Positions 1-9,452 of a stretch of 64,000 bases of DNA are shown here, one piece after another. The stretch spans positions 627,985 through 691,984 of the forward strand of contig JBBTWE010000001.1 in the NCBI GenBank assembly GCA_038062955.1. Reading direction: 5' to 3'. The position numbers and the translations under genes were made by a program. This stretch comes from Patescibacteria group bacterium. Its GTDB lineage: Bacteria; Patescibacteriota; Minisyncoccia; Phycocordibacterales; BOKC01. Each line of letters begins with the position of its first letter. The first letter of the stretch is position 1. The notes beneath the pieces were generated by a model. The model worked only from the letters and a program-made list of their open reading frames with translations, made no database searches and was not told where the DNA came from.

Positions 1-230
1 TCCAAAATCCTTCAAAGCCAGTGGTTATGGTTATTGAAAGCAACATAAAAGAAATGATTAGGATCGCAATCAGTGCAACATAACCTTTCTTGTAATTCTT
101 TTTCTTGAACTTACAGAATCGAATGCAGATCAAGGCGCGAGTGAGAACCGTACCGAGGCATATTTTAAATATGACGAGGGAGGCTCGAAGTGAAGCAACG
201 ATGAGATGCGTCGATTGTGTAAGTTCAACA

Positions 231-740
231 TTATTCATGGATTAATCGTGAAGTGTGATAAGTAGTGCTAGCGATAACAAAAGAAGCTCTCAAGATATTC
301 TGCTCTGGAACTGTTGGTACAATTATATTTTCAAAATTTAAATCTTCAATCCTTATCAAACTATTGTTTAAAATATTAGCTTCGTCTCCACCTCTTTGGA
401 GTAAAATATCATCATCCACTTTTTCTAAAACAAGTGGGTTATCTGGGAAATTATTTTTTACTAAAGATAATTTATTTCCTGATTCACCAGGAGAAGGTTC
501 TTCAATAATTACACTTCCACTAAGCATCCAATTTATTTTTCCTAAAATAAATTCCGCTTCATTTGATACCAGAGCGTCCTTATTAACCTTCTCGCTACTC
601 TCGAGTAGGGAATAGAAGACCGAAACACTGCCGCCCACGATAATTCCAAAAAGTGCTAGATAGATAAGAACCTCTATAAGTAAGAATCCTTTTTTGAGAT
701 TTGAAAATTCTATTGAATATCTAATCATTGTTTTTACCAA
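231..740 (-). CDS. prepilin-type N-terminal cleavage/methylation domain protein (type IV pilin or pseudopilin)
   Basis: N-terminus KKGFLLIEVLIYLALFGIIVGG matches the class III signal motif G-F-x-L-I-E followed by a hydrophobic helix; sits in a cluster with pilC and a pilB-like gene. Confidence 0.6.
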   Translation of the reverse strand: MVKTMIRYSIEFSNLKKGFLLIEVLIYLALFGIIVGGSVSVFYSLLESSEKVNKDALVSNEAEFILGKINWMLSGSVIIEEPSPGESGNKLSLVKNNFPDNPLVLEKVDDDILLQRGGDEANILNNSLIRIEDLNFENIIVPTVPEQNILRASFVIASTTYHTSRLIHE

Positions 741-2124
741 TAATTACCAGACTATTTTCCGTATTACTGTTCGATGTTAAGACATACAGCTTGTCATCCT
801 CACAATCAAACGCGACCGGTTTTCCTGGCAAATCAATATCGTGAATCACATCAAGCAGATTATCTTCATCCAGACTTAAAAAGTGAATTTTATTCACTGT
901 GCCCAAGGTGGAAGCTACGATCAAAATATTATCCCGCAAAATTAAATCCCTAACACTAAAACCTAATCTTTTTGATGCTTTGAGATTCAAACCACCGCCC
1001 TCAACATCAAACAGAAAAATTTCATGATAAGTTGGCCCAGGACTTAAAACCGAACGCCCAAACGCGAGTAAGTTGTCATTTATGGCTACTGTTTGCCCGC
1101 CATGTTGAGTTAAACCTCCTGCTTCATAAGAATTAATTGATTGTATATTTTGATAATTCCCTGTATCGAGCACGCGAAGAGGGGTGGGGTTGGGTACAGC
1201 AACAAAAGCAAAGTCTTCTTTAAAAGCAATAGCGTTTACTTTTGTATCAACTCTGAAACTGCCAAGATACTGTGGAGCGGATGGAGTTGAGACATTAATA
1301 ATATGAAATTCTTTCCCCCAATTATTCTTCTCCGACCCAAGATATATTTTTTTATCTTTATAAAAAATACTTGATTGAGTCGTTGTACTAGAAGGTTCAG
1401 GCAACCTAAACTCTGAAAGAATTTGCGGACTTGCTGGATTTTCAACATTTAAAATTTGAAGTTGTCTTGCAGTTGACCCCGTGGCTAAATAAGCATATTT
1501 GCCTGCAACTTTTAAAGAAACGAGTCTACGACCAGAGCCAAAATTATTTGAAATAAATTCTGGATTATTAACATCCGACACATCAACCACTAAAAAGTTC
1601 GGGGAAATAATTGAATCAATTGTTATATAAGCCTTACCGCGAACGACATCGATATCGGTTACCTCATTCAACACATCAAGCGGAAATGTTTGGAGAATCT
1701 CATAGTTTTCTGAATTTTCAAACCGGCGGAAACATGTGTCGCCACCGATCGCATCTCTCCAGTTTGATACGTACAGAGGCAATTCGACTTCATGAAGATC
1801 GATATTTAATTTTCGAACTTTGCTTTTAATCTCTTTCGTATAGTCGTAGAGCAAAGAAACTTCTAAATTTTCTTGAATATCTTCATTAATTTCCTCACCA
1901 GACTCCAGGTTCTCGAAATCAAAACGGCCCCTAGCTTTAGCTTCCTCTAAATTAAATTGGGAGACAGATAGGGAGTCCTCATAAATTTTCAAATTCATTA
2001 AAATAGTCTGATTGCCAAATGACACCATAAACACAGAGGCTATCGTGACAGAAAAAACAAAAAGAGCGATCAAAATCTCTATCAAACTAAAACCTTTTGA
2101 ACCTTTTTTATTAAAATCATTCAT
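721..2124 (-). CDS. large pseudopilin-like protein (prepilin-type N-terminus with repeat-rich, beta-propeller-like body)
   Basis: N-terminus KGFSLIEILIALFVFSV prepilin motif; 467 aa with repeated motifs in the body; start overlaps the downstream pilin gene, suggesting one operon. Confidence 0.5.
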   Translation of the reverse strand: MNDFNKKGSKGFSLIEILIALFVFSVTIASVFMVSFGNQTILMNLKIYEDSLSVSQFNLEEAKARGRFDFENLESGEEINEDIQENLEVSLLYDYTKEIKSKVRKLNIDLHEVELPLYVSNWRDAIGGDTCFRRFENSENYEILQTFPLDVLNEVTDIDVVRGKAYITIDSIISPNFLVVDVSDVNNPEFISNNFGSGRRLVSLKVAGKYAYLATGSTARQLQILNVENPASPQILSEFRLPEPSSTTTQSSIFYKDKKIYLGSEKNNWGKEFHIINVSTPSAPQYLGSFRVDTKVNAIAFKEDFAFVAVPNPTPLRVLDTGNYQNIQSINSYEAGGLTQHGGQTVAINDNLLAFGRSVLSPGPTYHEIFLFDVEGGGLNLKASKRLGFSVRDLILRDNILIVASTLGTVNKIHFLSLDEDNLLDVIHDIDLPGKPVAFDCEDDKLYVLTSNSNTENSLVIIGKNND

Positions 2125-2587
2125 TAGTTCTTCCTTCTAACTCTATCTTGACCACACTTTCTCTTTGCCCATCAAAAATTCTGATTTCTCCTGTTTGTCT
2201 TGGTTTTCCGGTTAGGTTTTCAAAAACAATGGTGTCATTTGTAAAAGTATTTTCAATTTGAATAGATTTATTTCTAGGAAAATCTTCGTTAGTTCCCGAA
2301 TTTTCTTCATAGCTTTCTCCTTGAAACAAAACAAAACTTTGCTCCGAAACAAAGACACCGTGCGACACATAATTAATATTTGATATTGCTTTGCTTCGTG
2401 CCCCTCGAATCAGACTCACAAGCATTTTCTCTTCAGCGTCAAAATAATAACTTCTAAAAGAATCTGTGCTTAAAAACAAACCTCCACTTAAAATAATTGT
2501 AAAAATTCCTAAAACTACCAGAAGTTCGATAATAGTGAGTCCTCTTTGATTCCTTATAAGATATTTATCTAGCATTTTAAATTTCAT
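2117..2587 (-). CDS. prepilin-type N-terminal domain protein (minor pilin or pseudopilin)
   Basis: N-terminus RGLTIIELLVVLGIFTIILSGG class III signal motif; 156 aa. Confidence 0.6.
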   Translation of the reverse strand: MKFKMLDKYLIRNQRGLTIIELLVVLGIFTIILSGGLFLSTDSFRSYYFDAEEKMLVSLIRGARSKAISNINYVSHGVFVSEQSFVLFQGESYEENSGTNEDFPRNKSIQIENTFTNDTIVFENLTGKPRQTGEIRIFDGQRESVVKIELEGRTNE

Positions 2588-2622
2588 GAAAACATTAGAA
2601 TCTTTAAAGGTAAAAGTATCCG

Positions 2623-3714
2623 CTATCTCCTTTGGAGAGAATGCGTAACCTCATAAACAGGGGAGACAATGGATATGGCGACAAAACCAACAATGATACC
2701 AGCGACTATAAGTAAAACTGGTTCTACTGTTTGAGATAAATTTTTAACTTTTTCCACAAATTGATTTTCATGAAAATCGGCCAAATTAATTAAAATCACT
2801 AGAATATTGCCAGTTTCTTCCGCCACTGCGAGAAGATCAGTAAAATTTTCTGGGAATATTTCTGGGTGTTTCAATAAATAATGAGACATTCGACCTCCTG
2901 CGGAGACGAACTTGTGGAGTTTCAAAATATGAAAACGCAAAGGTAAGTTGGTGGTCGCAGTCTCTATTGTGAGCAAAGCTATATCAATGGAAAGACCACT
3001 TTTAAGAAGCAGGCTTAAATTGCGACAGAAATTTGTAAGCAGAAAATCTTGGTAAATTGAACCTATAATAGGTATTCTGAAGCTAAAAAGTTGAACAAAA
3101 AAACGAAATTTATTATTTTTCTTTAGTAGAATTAAAAAAATAATAAGTAAAATTGAAAGAACAATCAAAATTAAAATTCCATAATGACTCACGACCCCGC
3201 TTACAAAAATTACCGCTCTAGTTGTTATCGGTAGTTCAATATTCAAACTCCTAACAATCGGCAAAATCTTAGGAAAAATATAAAGGATCAAAAAAACAGT
3301 AATACCAATCGTAGCGAATGCGATAAAGAGTGGGTAGACAAAGGCCTGCTTCAAATTTTTAAGCATTTCTTTCTTTTTTTTCAATCGCAAAGTGAGATAT
3401 GAAATATTATCAGACAAAAAACCGCTTCTCTCGCCAGTTAAAATAATATTTAAAGCAAAGTCATCAAATATATGCCTTAGACTTTGAGTCAGAGTAAGTC
3501 CTTCAGAAATATCATGCCTGATTTTTTCATAAACCATTCGACGATTTTTGTTTTTGGTTTGATTTTTTATCAGTTCAAGACTCTGTAAGATAGATACTCC
3601 TGAATTCAAAAGAAAAGAAAGCCTTTCCGTAAAATGAATTTGTTCTTTTAAAGACAGAGTTTTCTTTTGCCTTCTCTTGAAAGTTTTTTTAAAAATAGCA
3701 AATAACTTATTCAT
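2623..3714 (-). CDS. pilC: type IV pilus or T2SS platform protein, GspF/PilC family
   Basis: Duplicated T2SS-F domain pattern with a polytopic membrane body. Likely start is MNKLFAIFKK at 3714; the 3798 start in the ORF track would overlap the upstream ATPase by 92 nt. Confidence 0.7.
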   Translation of the reverse strand: MNKLFAIFKKTFKRRQKKTLSLKEQIHFTERLSFLLNSGVSILQSLELIKNQTKNKNRRMVYEKIRHDISEGLTLTQSLRHIFDDFALNIILTGERSGFLSDNISYLTLRLKKKKEMLKNLKQAFVYPLFIAFATIGITVFLILYIFPKILPIVRSLNIELPITTRAVIFVSGVVSHYGILILIVLSILLIIFLILLKKNNKFRFFVQLFSFRIPIIGSIYQDFLLTNFCRNLSLLLKSGLSIDIALLTIETATTNLPLRFHILKLHKFVSAGGRMSHYLLKHPEIFPENFTDLLAVAEETGNILVILINLADFHENQFVEKVKNLSQTVEPVLLIVAGIIVGFVAISIVSPVYEVTHSLQRR

Positions 3715-4906
3715 AGATAACTCGAAGTATCTCCTCCAAACTAGTAATGCCTGACTTTGCCTTTTTAAAACCATCTTCCAATAATGTTTGCATACCATTT
3801 TTAATTGCCACCTTTCTGATCTCGCTTGCAGTGCTTTTATTTAAAATTAAATCTCGAATTTTTTCATCAGTCGGCATTATTTCTCCGACGATAGTTCTTC
3901 CAAAAAAGCCTGTTCCATTACAAAAATCACAACCTCTGCCTCTCCAAAATTTCTGTCTTGAAATATCTTTCTTAAAAAAATCTTTGAGATAGCTTTTTTG
4001 TCCAACATCAATCTTCTCTTCTGCTTTACATTTATCACAAAGTTTTTTTACTAGCCTTTGATTGATTGCGATACTAAATGTAGAAGCTAAAAGGAATGGT
4101 TCGATACCCATTTGAATCAAGCGGGGGAGAGTAGCCGCGGCATCATTCGTATGAAGAGTCGAAAGAAGTAGATGCCCTGTGAGCGCGGCGTTCACAGCGA
4201 TGAGCGCAGTTTCTTGATCTCTAATTTCTCCGACCATAATGATATTTGGGTCCTGTCGCAAAACAGAACGCAAGCCACTCCCAAAATTTAAATTACTTCC
4301 AGCATTAACTTGAATTTGTCTTATACCAGGAATCGCATATTCAATCGGTTCCTCAATCGTGATAATCGAAACGTCGCTTTTATTTAAAGTTTTAAGAATA
4401 GCGTAAAGAGCGGTGGTCTTGCCACAACCTGTCGGACCAGTGGAAAGAATCATGCCGCTCGGTTTCAAAATCGCCTTTTTTATTTTTTGGAGATCACCAG
4501 AAGAGAAACCTAGATTTTCTAAATTTAATGATTCATTTTGATCGGAGAGCAATCGAAGGACAGCATTTTCTCCATAGTAGGTAGGCAAAACAGAAACTCG
4601 CACATCAACAAAACCTTCTCCTATAACCAATCGAAAACGACCATCTTGAGATTTTAAATGTTCATCAATTCGGAGTCCCGCCAAAATTTTTATTTTTGAA
4701 ATTATTTCTTGGTGTTTTATCAAAGGTAAAGTCGGCAATTCATACAGACTACCATCGACCCGTAAGCGAAGTCGGATTTTATCTTTAAGCGGATCTATAT
4801 GTAAATCAGAAGCTCGTGAATCAAGAGCTTTTTTTATTAGAAATTCTAGAAGGTCTGTGACTGATTTATTCGAATCAATAATTAAATTTGAAAATCTACT
4901 TTTCAT
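3707..4906 (-). CDS. GspE/PilB-family secretion ATPase, short form lacking the N-terminal domain
   Basis: Walker A motif GPTGCGKTT; C-terminal tetracysteine zinc motif CDKC...CDFCNGTG typical of GspE/PilB. At 399 aa it is shorter than the full-length PilB at 54599. Confidence 0.7.
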   Translation of the reverse strand: MKSRFSNLIIDSNKSVTDLLEFLIKKALDSRASDLHIDPLKDKIRLRLRVDGSLYELPTLPLIKHQEIISKIKILAGLRIDEHLKSQDGRFRLVIGEGFVDVRVSVLPTYYGENAVLRLLSDQNESLNLENLGFSSGDLQKIKKAILKPSGMILSTGPTGCGKTTALYAILKTLNKSDVSIITIEEPIEYAIPGIRQIQVNAGSNLNFGSGLRSVLRQDPNIIMVGEIRDQETALIAVNAALTGHLLLSTLHTNDAAATLPRLIQMGIEPFLLASTFSIAINQRLVKKLCDKCKAEEKIDVGQKSYLKDFFKKDISRQKFWRGRGCDFCNGTGFFGRTIVGEIMPTDEKIRDLILNKSTASEIRKVAIKNGMQTLLEDGFKKAKSGITSLEEILRVIYE

Positions 4907-4943
4907 ACCAATAAATTTTATACTTTTTACACTTAAAACAAAA

Positions 4944-4974
4944 GATTCAATACCGCACTGGTATTGAATCTTTT
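4944..4974. terminator. perfect 11-bp hairpin gattcaatacc/ggtattgaatc with T-runs on both strands (bidirectional terminator-like)
   Basis: seen directly in the sequence between element A and the pilB-like gene start. Confidence 0.45.
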
Positions 4975-4996
4975 GAGCACTAAAACTTTCAGATTT

Positions 4997-5100
4997 GAGA
5001 CAAATTGTTTGATAAAACTGAGCACTGAAACGAGACGTATTACCTATACGTTGAAGTGAAGCGCGGAGGTTTTAGCAAAGAAGTTGGCCAAATATGGAAG
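4997..5100. repeat. conserved ~105-nt noncoding element, copy A; abuts the stop codon of the minus-strand small membrane protein gene
   Basis: About 85% identical to 13419..13522, including an identical 27-mer ttttagcaaagaagttggccaaatat. Confidence 0.6.
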
Positions 5101-5106
5101 TTATAG

Positions 5107-5373
5107 TTACATTGAAACTTTGTCTGTACCAATTCCGCAACCTTCTGCTTTGCAAGATTTGCATTTGCATCCGAAGATCATCATGACTCCAGCTATACCT
5201 ACCAAAAGGTAAACAACCGATTCAACAACTGGCCAGCTTCCTAAAATCATATTGACCACGTTTAAGTCGTTGCTCATCAAACCACCCAAACCAATCAAAC
5301 CCCAATTCAAAGCACCAATAATTACCAATAATTTACCAAACCTGCTACATCCACAACCTTTTTTCATCATCAT
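5107..5373 (-). CDS. DUF378-like small membrane protein with Cys-rich termini
   Basis: GALNWGLIGLGG motif typical of the DUF378 family; two predicted TM helices; Cys-rich N- and C-termini. Confidence 0.45.
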   Translation of the reverse strand: MMMKKGCGCSRFGKLLVIIGALNWGLIGLGGLMSNDLNVVNMILGSWPVVESVVYLLVGIAGVMMIFGCKCKSCKAEGCGIGTDKVSM

Positions 5374-5709
5374 ATTTTTTTATTTTAAAAAATTTATTTT
5401 GTTATTCGTATAAAGATCGACCTTTAATTGAAATTCATTATACCAACCTCAATCCTTGGAGTAAAACCGAAGAATTTTCGTTTCAAGTTGTTAATTGCAT
5501 TTTCTCTGGAGCTTCACCTAGTAAAATATCTCTAGTTGGTTAATATTTAAAGAATTTGTTATATTACCTTTAAGAAAATATCAAGTATCTAAAAGGTAGT
5601 TTTAGTTATTCGCCTTAATATTTATCAAGTTGGTCTTTGGATAAATAGTACGAAACAAACTGAAGAAATTTTTGTTTCTCACTAGAATCCAAAGATCAGC
5701 CCACGTAAC

Positions 5710-7983
5710 ATGAAAACAAAAGAGTATGTCCTAGAGGTTAATGGGAAAAATTTAACTTGTGAATTCAATGATCTAGCCAACCAAGCGAACGGTTCATGCA
5801 TCATAAAATATGGAGACACTAGTGTCTTAGCAACTGCGGTGATTTCAAAATTTCCAAAAGACAATTTTGATTTCTTTCCTTTAACTGTAGATTTTGAAGA
5901 AAAATTTTACGCCATTGGTAAAATTTTGGGCGGGCAGTATACCAAGAGAGAAGGACGGCCAACAGATGACGCGATACTTTCTGGGAGAATTGTTGATCGT
6001 ACTATTCGTCCACTTTTTGAAGATCATATTCGACATGAAGTTCAGGTGACACTTACAGTTTTGTCTTTAGGAGAAGATGATCCAGATGTTCTCGCTGTCA
6101 TTGCGGCGTCACTCGCTCTGGGTACTTCAAACATTCCTTGGCGAGGACCAACGAGCGCTATTCGAATTGGAAAATATAAAGAGTATTCAACTCCAAAACC
6201 CTTTGATCCGTCTTCGCTCGCGCATCATGAGAGTGAGTCGACAGGATCATTGTCGACACCTGTAAACGGCACTCTCGCGATGCCGCTCGCTAGCCGGAAT
6301 AAAAATAAAAAAGATTTAATAATTAACCCGACTTACAAAGAAAGAGGAGACGCCGAATTTGAATTTGATGTACTCGCCTGTGGTAAGGACAATACCTTAA
6401 ACATGATAGAAGCCGCCGGCAAAGAAACGAAGGAGGAAGATTTGAAACAGGCTTTGCAAAAAGCAGTTCTAGAAATAGAAAAAATTCAAAACTTTCAGAA
6501 AAAAATAATCGAAGAAATTGGCAAAGAAAAACTAGTTATTGAAAAAATAAAGACACCTGAAAATATTGAGAAGGTTTGGGAAGAATCGATTGCTCCGCAA
6601 ATTAAATCTGCGATCTTCAGTGACATGCCGATTTTTGAAAACAGAGGAGAAGAGTTTACATCCCACAAAAAGAAGATTCGAGATTTAGAAGAAGTCTGGA
6701 TGGAAAGTTTTGCTGAGAAAAATCCAAACGTAGATACTAATTTAGCTAAAAATTATTTTGAGATAAAAGTAAATGATCTGATTCACAAAGAGGCAATCGA
6801 AAATGACAGGCGTCCAGACGGCAGGAAGATCGATGAGCTCCGACCGCTTTTTGCCAAAGCTGGTGGCATCTCCAAAATTTTGCATGGTTCTGGAATATTT
6901 TACAGAGGAGGTACTCATGTTTTCTCTGCTCTAACTTTGGGCGGACCTGGCGATTCACAAACAATAGATGGAATGGAAACTCAAACACAGAAAAGATTTA
7001 TGCATCATTATAATTTTCCTCCTTTCTCGGTTGGTGAAACTGGAAGAATGGGAGGTATGAACAGAAGAGCCATCGGTCATGGAGCGCTCGCAGAAAAAGC
7101 TTTGCTTCCGATTTTGCCAGAAAAAGAAAATTTTCCTTACACGATAAGAGTGGTCTCGGAGTGCATGGCATCCAATGGTTCAACCTCGATGGCTTCGGTC
7201 TGCGCTGGAACTTTGGCTCTCATGGATGGTGGAGTTCCAATAAAATCTCCAGCGGCGGGTGTTGCGATCGGACTCATGATGCAAGGAGAAAAATATAAAA
7301 TTTTAACCGATATTCAGGGACCAGAAGATCACTATGGGGATATGGATTTTAAAGTGGCTGGGACAAAAAATGGTGTTACGGCTATCCAAATGGATGTCAA
7401 AGTGGAAGGAATTCCTATGCATATTCTTTGTGAAGCTTTAGATCGAGCCCAAAACGTGAGAGAACAAATTCTTAGAAAGATCCAAGAAGAAATAAAAAGC
7501 TCACGAGAAACAATATCTCCAAATGCTCCAAGGATCATGATTGTCAAAATCAAACCGGAGCAGATCGGACTTGTAATCGGTCCTGGAGGAAAATCAATCA
7601 ATCAAATAAAGGAGTTGACAGGGGTAGAGATTGATATAGAAGAAGACGGTAGTGTTTTCATTACTGGAAAAAATGACGGCCCAGAGAAAGCGGCAGAGAT
7701 GGTGAGAGGAATGACCAAAGAATACAAGGCTGGTGAAAGGTTCACCGGAGAAATAACAAAAATAGTTGAGTTTGGTGCTTTTGTTCGAATTGGCCAAAAA
7801 ACAGAGGGCCTCCTGCACATTTCTGAAATTGCCACCACAAGAATAGAAAAGGTAGAGGACATCTTATCTATTGGAGAAAAAATTCCTGTTATAATAAAAG
7901 AAATGGATGACAAAGGAAGAATGAAATTATCCTTGAAAGCCATCGAACCGGAGTTTTTCAAAAATAGGCCTAAGAAACGATAA
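5710..7983 (+). CDS. pnp: polynucleotide phosphorylase (PNPase)
   Basis: Two RNase PH-like domains followed by KH and S1 domains (C-terminal GERFTGEITKIVEFGAFV). 757 aa including a roughly 40-aa insertion, described in findings. Confidence 0.9.
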   Translation: MKTKEYVLEVNGKNLTCEFNDLANQANGSCIIKYGDTSVLATAVISKFPKDNFDFFPLTVDFEEKFYAIGKILGGQYTKREGRPTDDAILSGRIVDRTIRPLFEDHIRHEVQVTLTVLSLGEDDPDVLAVIAASLALGTSNIPWRGPTSAIRIGKYKEYSTPKPFDPSSLAHHESESTGSLSTPVNGTLAMPLASRNKNKKDLIINPTYKERGDAEFEFDVLACGKDNTLNMIEAAGKETKEEDLKQALQKAVLEIEKIQNFQKKIIEEIGKEKLVIEKIKTPENIEKVWEESIAPQIKSAIFSDMPIFENRGEEFTSHKKKIRDLEEVWMESFAEKNPNVDTNLAKNYFEIKVNDLIHKEAIENDRRPDGRKIDELRPLFAKAGGISKILHGSGIFYRGGTHVFSALTLGGPGDSQTIDGMETQTQKRFMHHYNFPPFSVGETGRMGGMNRRAIGHGALAEKALLPILPEKENFPYTIRVVSECMASNGSTSMASVCAGTLALMDGGVPIKSPAAGVAIGLMMQGEKYKILTDIQGPEDHYGDMDFKVAGTKNGVTAIQMDVKVEGIPMHILCEALDRAQNVREQILRKIQEEIKSSRETISPNAPRIMIVKIKPEQIGLVIGPGGKSINQIKELTGVEIDIEEDGSVFITGKNDGPEKAAEMVRGMTKEYKAGERFTGEITKIVEFGAFVRIGQKTEGLLHISEIATTRIEKVEDILSIGEKIPVIIKEMDDKGRMKLSLKAIEPEFFKNRPKKR
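6208..6297. repeat. GC-rich palindromic element embedded in-frame within pnp
   Basis: Local GC far above the surrounding gene; contains gtcgacacctgtaaacgg, which matches 33285..33302 at 17 of 18 positions, plus wider homology to the 33213..33322 insert. Confidence 0.5.
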
Positions 7984-8054
7984 AGATATTCACTCTTTGG
8001 TCTATCTTCGTTCGCTAACTGGAATAAACACAGAACGAGTATCTCATTTAAAAA

Positions 8055-8987
8055 ATGGAATTAAACAACAAAATAAACGAGACTAGGAATTCAACTACCG
8101 ATGAAAACTATTACAAAATAGTAAAACCTCTTCGAACTTACGAAAGAGATATTTCTGAATCAGTAAGAGAGAAAAAACCAAGCCAGATAAGCATTAATTT
8201 GGAAGAGAAAAAAAGGAAATCTGAAAAACACGAAGAAAATGGGCCAGCAAAAACCCAGCCGCAAGAAAATTATGATCATACTTCCAAAAATTCAGCTTTC
8301 AAGAAAATATTTGTCGTATTTTTTCTATTTTTGATTGTTATCGGAGTAATTGTTGTTTTTCCAAAATTTTGGAGTTTCTTAAAAGTTGAAAATACCGCAG
8401 AAATACCAGTTGTAAAAACAGAAACTTGGATAGAAGGAGATGTTCTCATAAAAATAAATGTAACGAATAAAACACGCCAAAAAATAATTGTTTTAATCAA
8501 AGAAGAACTCGAAAAAGTCACGCGAAAGGAATCTGGGGACTTAATTATAGTTAATCTAACAGAAATAATAGGTGGTGAAGAAAAAACAGTAACTGAAGAG
8601 AATTTTTTAAGAATAATGGCGCCGAATATACCTCAACCACTACTTAGAGCTTTAGATAAAAAAATGGCCTTTGGTTATCAAATAAAAGATGAGGCTAATG
8701 TTCCATTCTTAATATTAGAAATCGATTCTTACGAAAACGCTTATTCAAATATGTTGAATTGGGAGAGCAAAATGGCTTCAGATTTACTTGGTTTTTTAAC
8801 AGAAAATCAAGAAAATGAACCTAATAATAATTTTCAAGATCAAATAATCGAAAATAAAGATACTAGAATTCTAAGAAAAAATGATGGGTCAACTTCTTTG
8901 ATTTATTCATTTTTGAATAATAAGACATTGTTTTTAAGCACCGATAGGGATATTTATAGGAATATTCTTGCTATAATGAACTTCTAA
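8055..8987 (+). CDS. hypothetical single-pass membrane protein
   Basis: Long ORF with one TM helix (IFVVFFLFLIVIGVIVVF); no recognisable domain. Confidence 0.3.
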   Translation: MELNNKINETRNSTTDENYYKIVKPLRTYERDISESVREKKPSQISINLEEKKRKSEKHEENGPAKTQPQENYDHTSKNSAFKKIFVVFFLFLIVIGVIVVFPKFWSFLKVENTAEIPVVKTETWIEGDVLIKINVTNKTRQKIIVLIKEELEKVTRKESGDLIIVNLTEIIGGEEKTVTEENFLRIMAPNIPQPLLRALDKKMAFGYQIKDEANVPFLILEIDSYENAYSNMLNWESKMASDLLGFLTENQENEPNNNFQDQIIENKDTRILRKNDGSTSLIYSFLNNKTLFLSTDRDIYRNILAIMNF

Positions 8988-9024
8988 ACGTATCATTGAA
9001 TAGAAATTTCTATATTCAAATAAT

Positions 9025-9393
9025 ATGACAAATAAAGATCTAGATTTAAAATTTTTCAAAAAAAAGTTGGAAGAGGAAAAAGCAACTCTAATTTCAGAGC
9101 TTAAAACGGTTGGGGAGAAGAACCCAGACAATCCAGAAGATTGGGTTGCTAAACCAACTCAAATGAATGCGACTGGCGCAGACCAAAACGAAACTGCTGA
9201 TGGTTACGAGGCTTATGGTGAAAACGCGGCTATTCTAAACGAACTCGAAATTAGATTGGGCGAGGTGAACGCGGCAATAAAAAAAATTACCGAAAATAAG
9301 TACGGAACATGTGAAATCTGCAAACAACCAATAGAAGTAAAGCGACTTAAAGCCAATCCAGCCGCAGGAACTTGCATCAAACACATGAAATAG
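9025..9393 (+). CDS. DksA/TraR-family C4 zinc-finger protein
   Basis: C-terminal CEIC...(17)...GTC zinc-finger preceded by a coiled-coil, typical of DksA/TraR. Confidence 0.55.
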   Translation: MTNKDLDLKFFKKKLEEEKATLISELKTVGEKNPDNPEDWVAKPTQMNATGADQNETADGYEAYGENAAILNELEIRLGEVNAAIKKITENKYGTCEICKQPIEVKRLKANPAAGTCIKHMK

Positions 9394-9452
9394 ATCTAAA
9401 AGTGAATTATAGGGAAGAGTTTTCTTAAAATTTGATTTTCGGCTCGAAAAAT

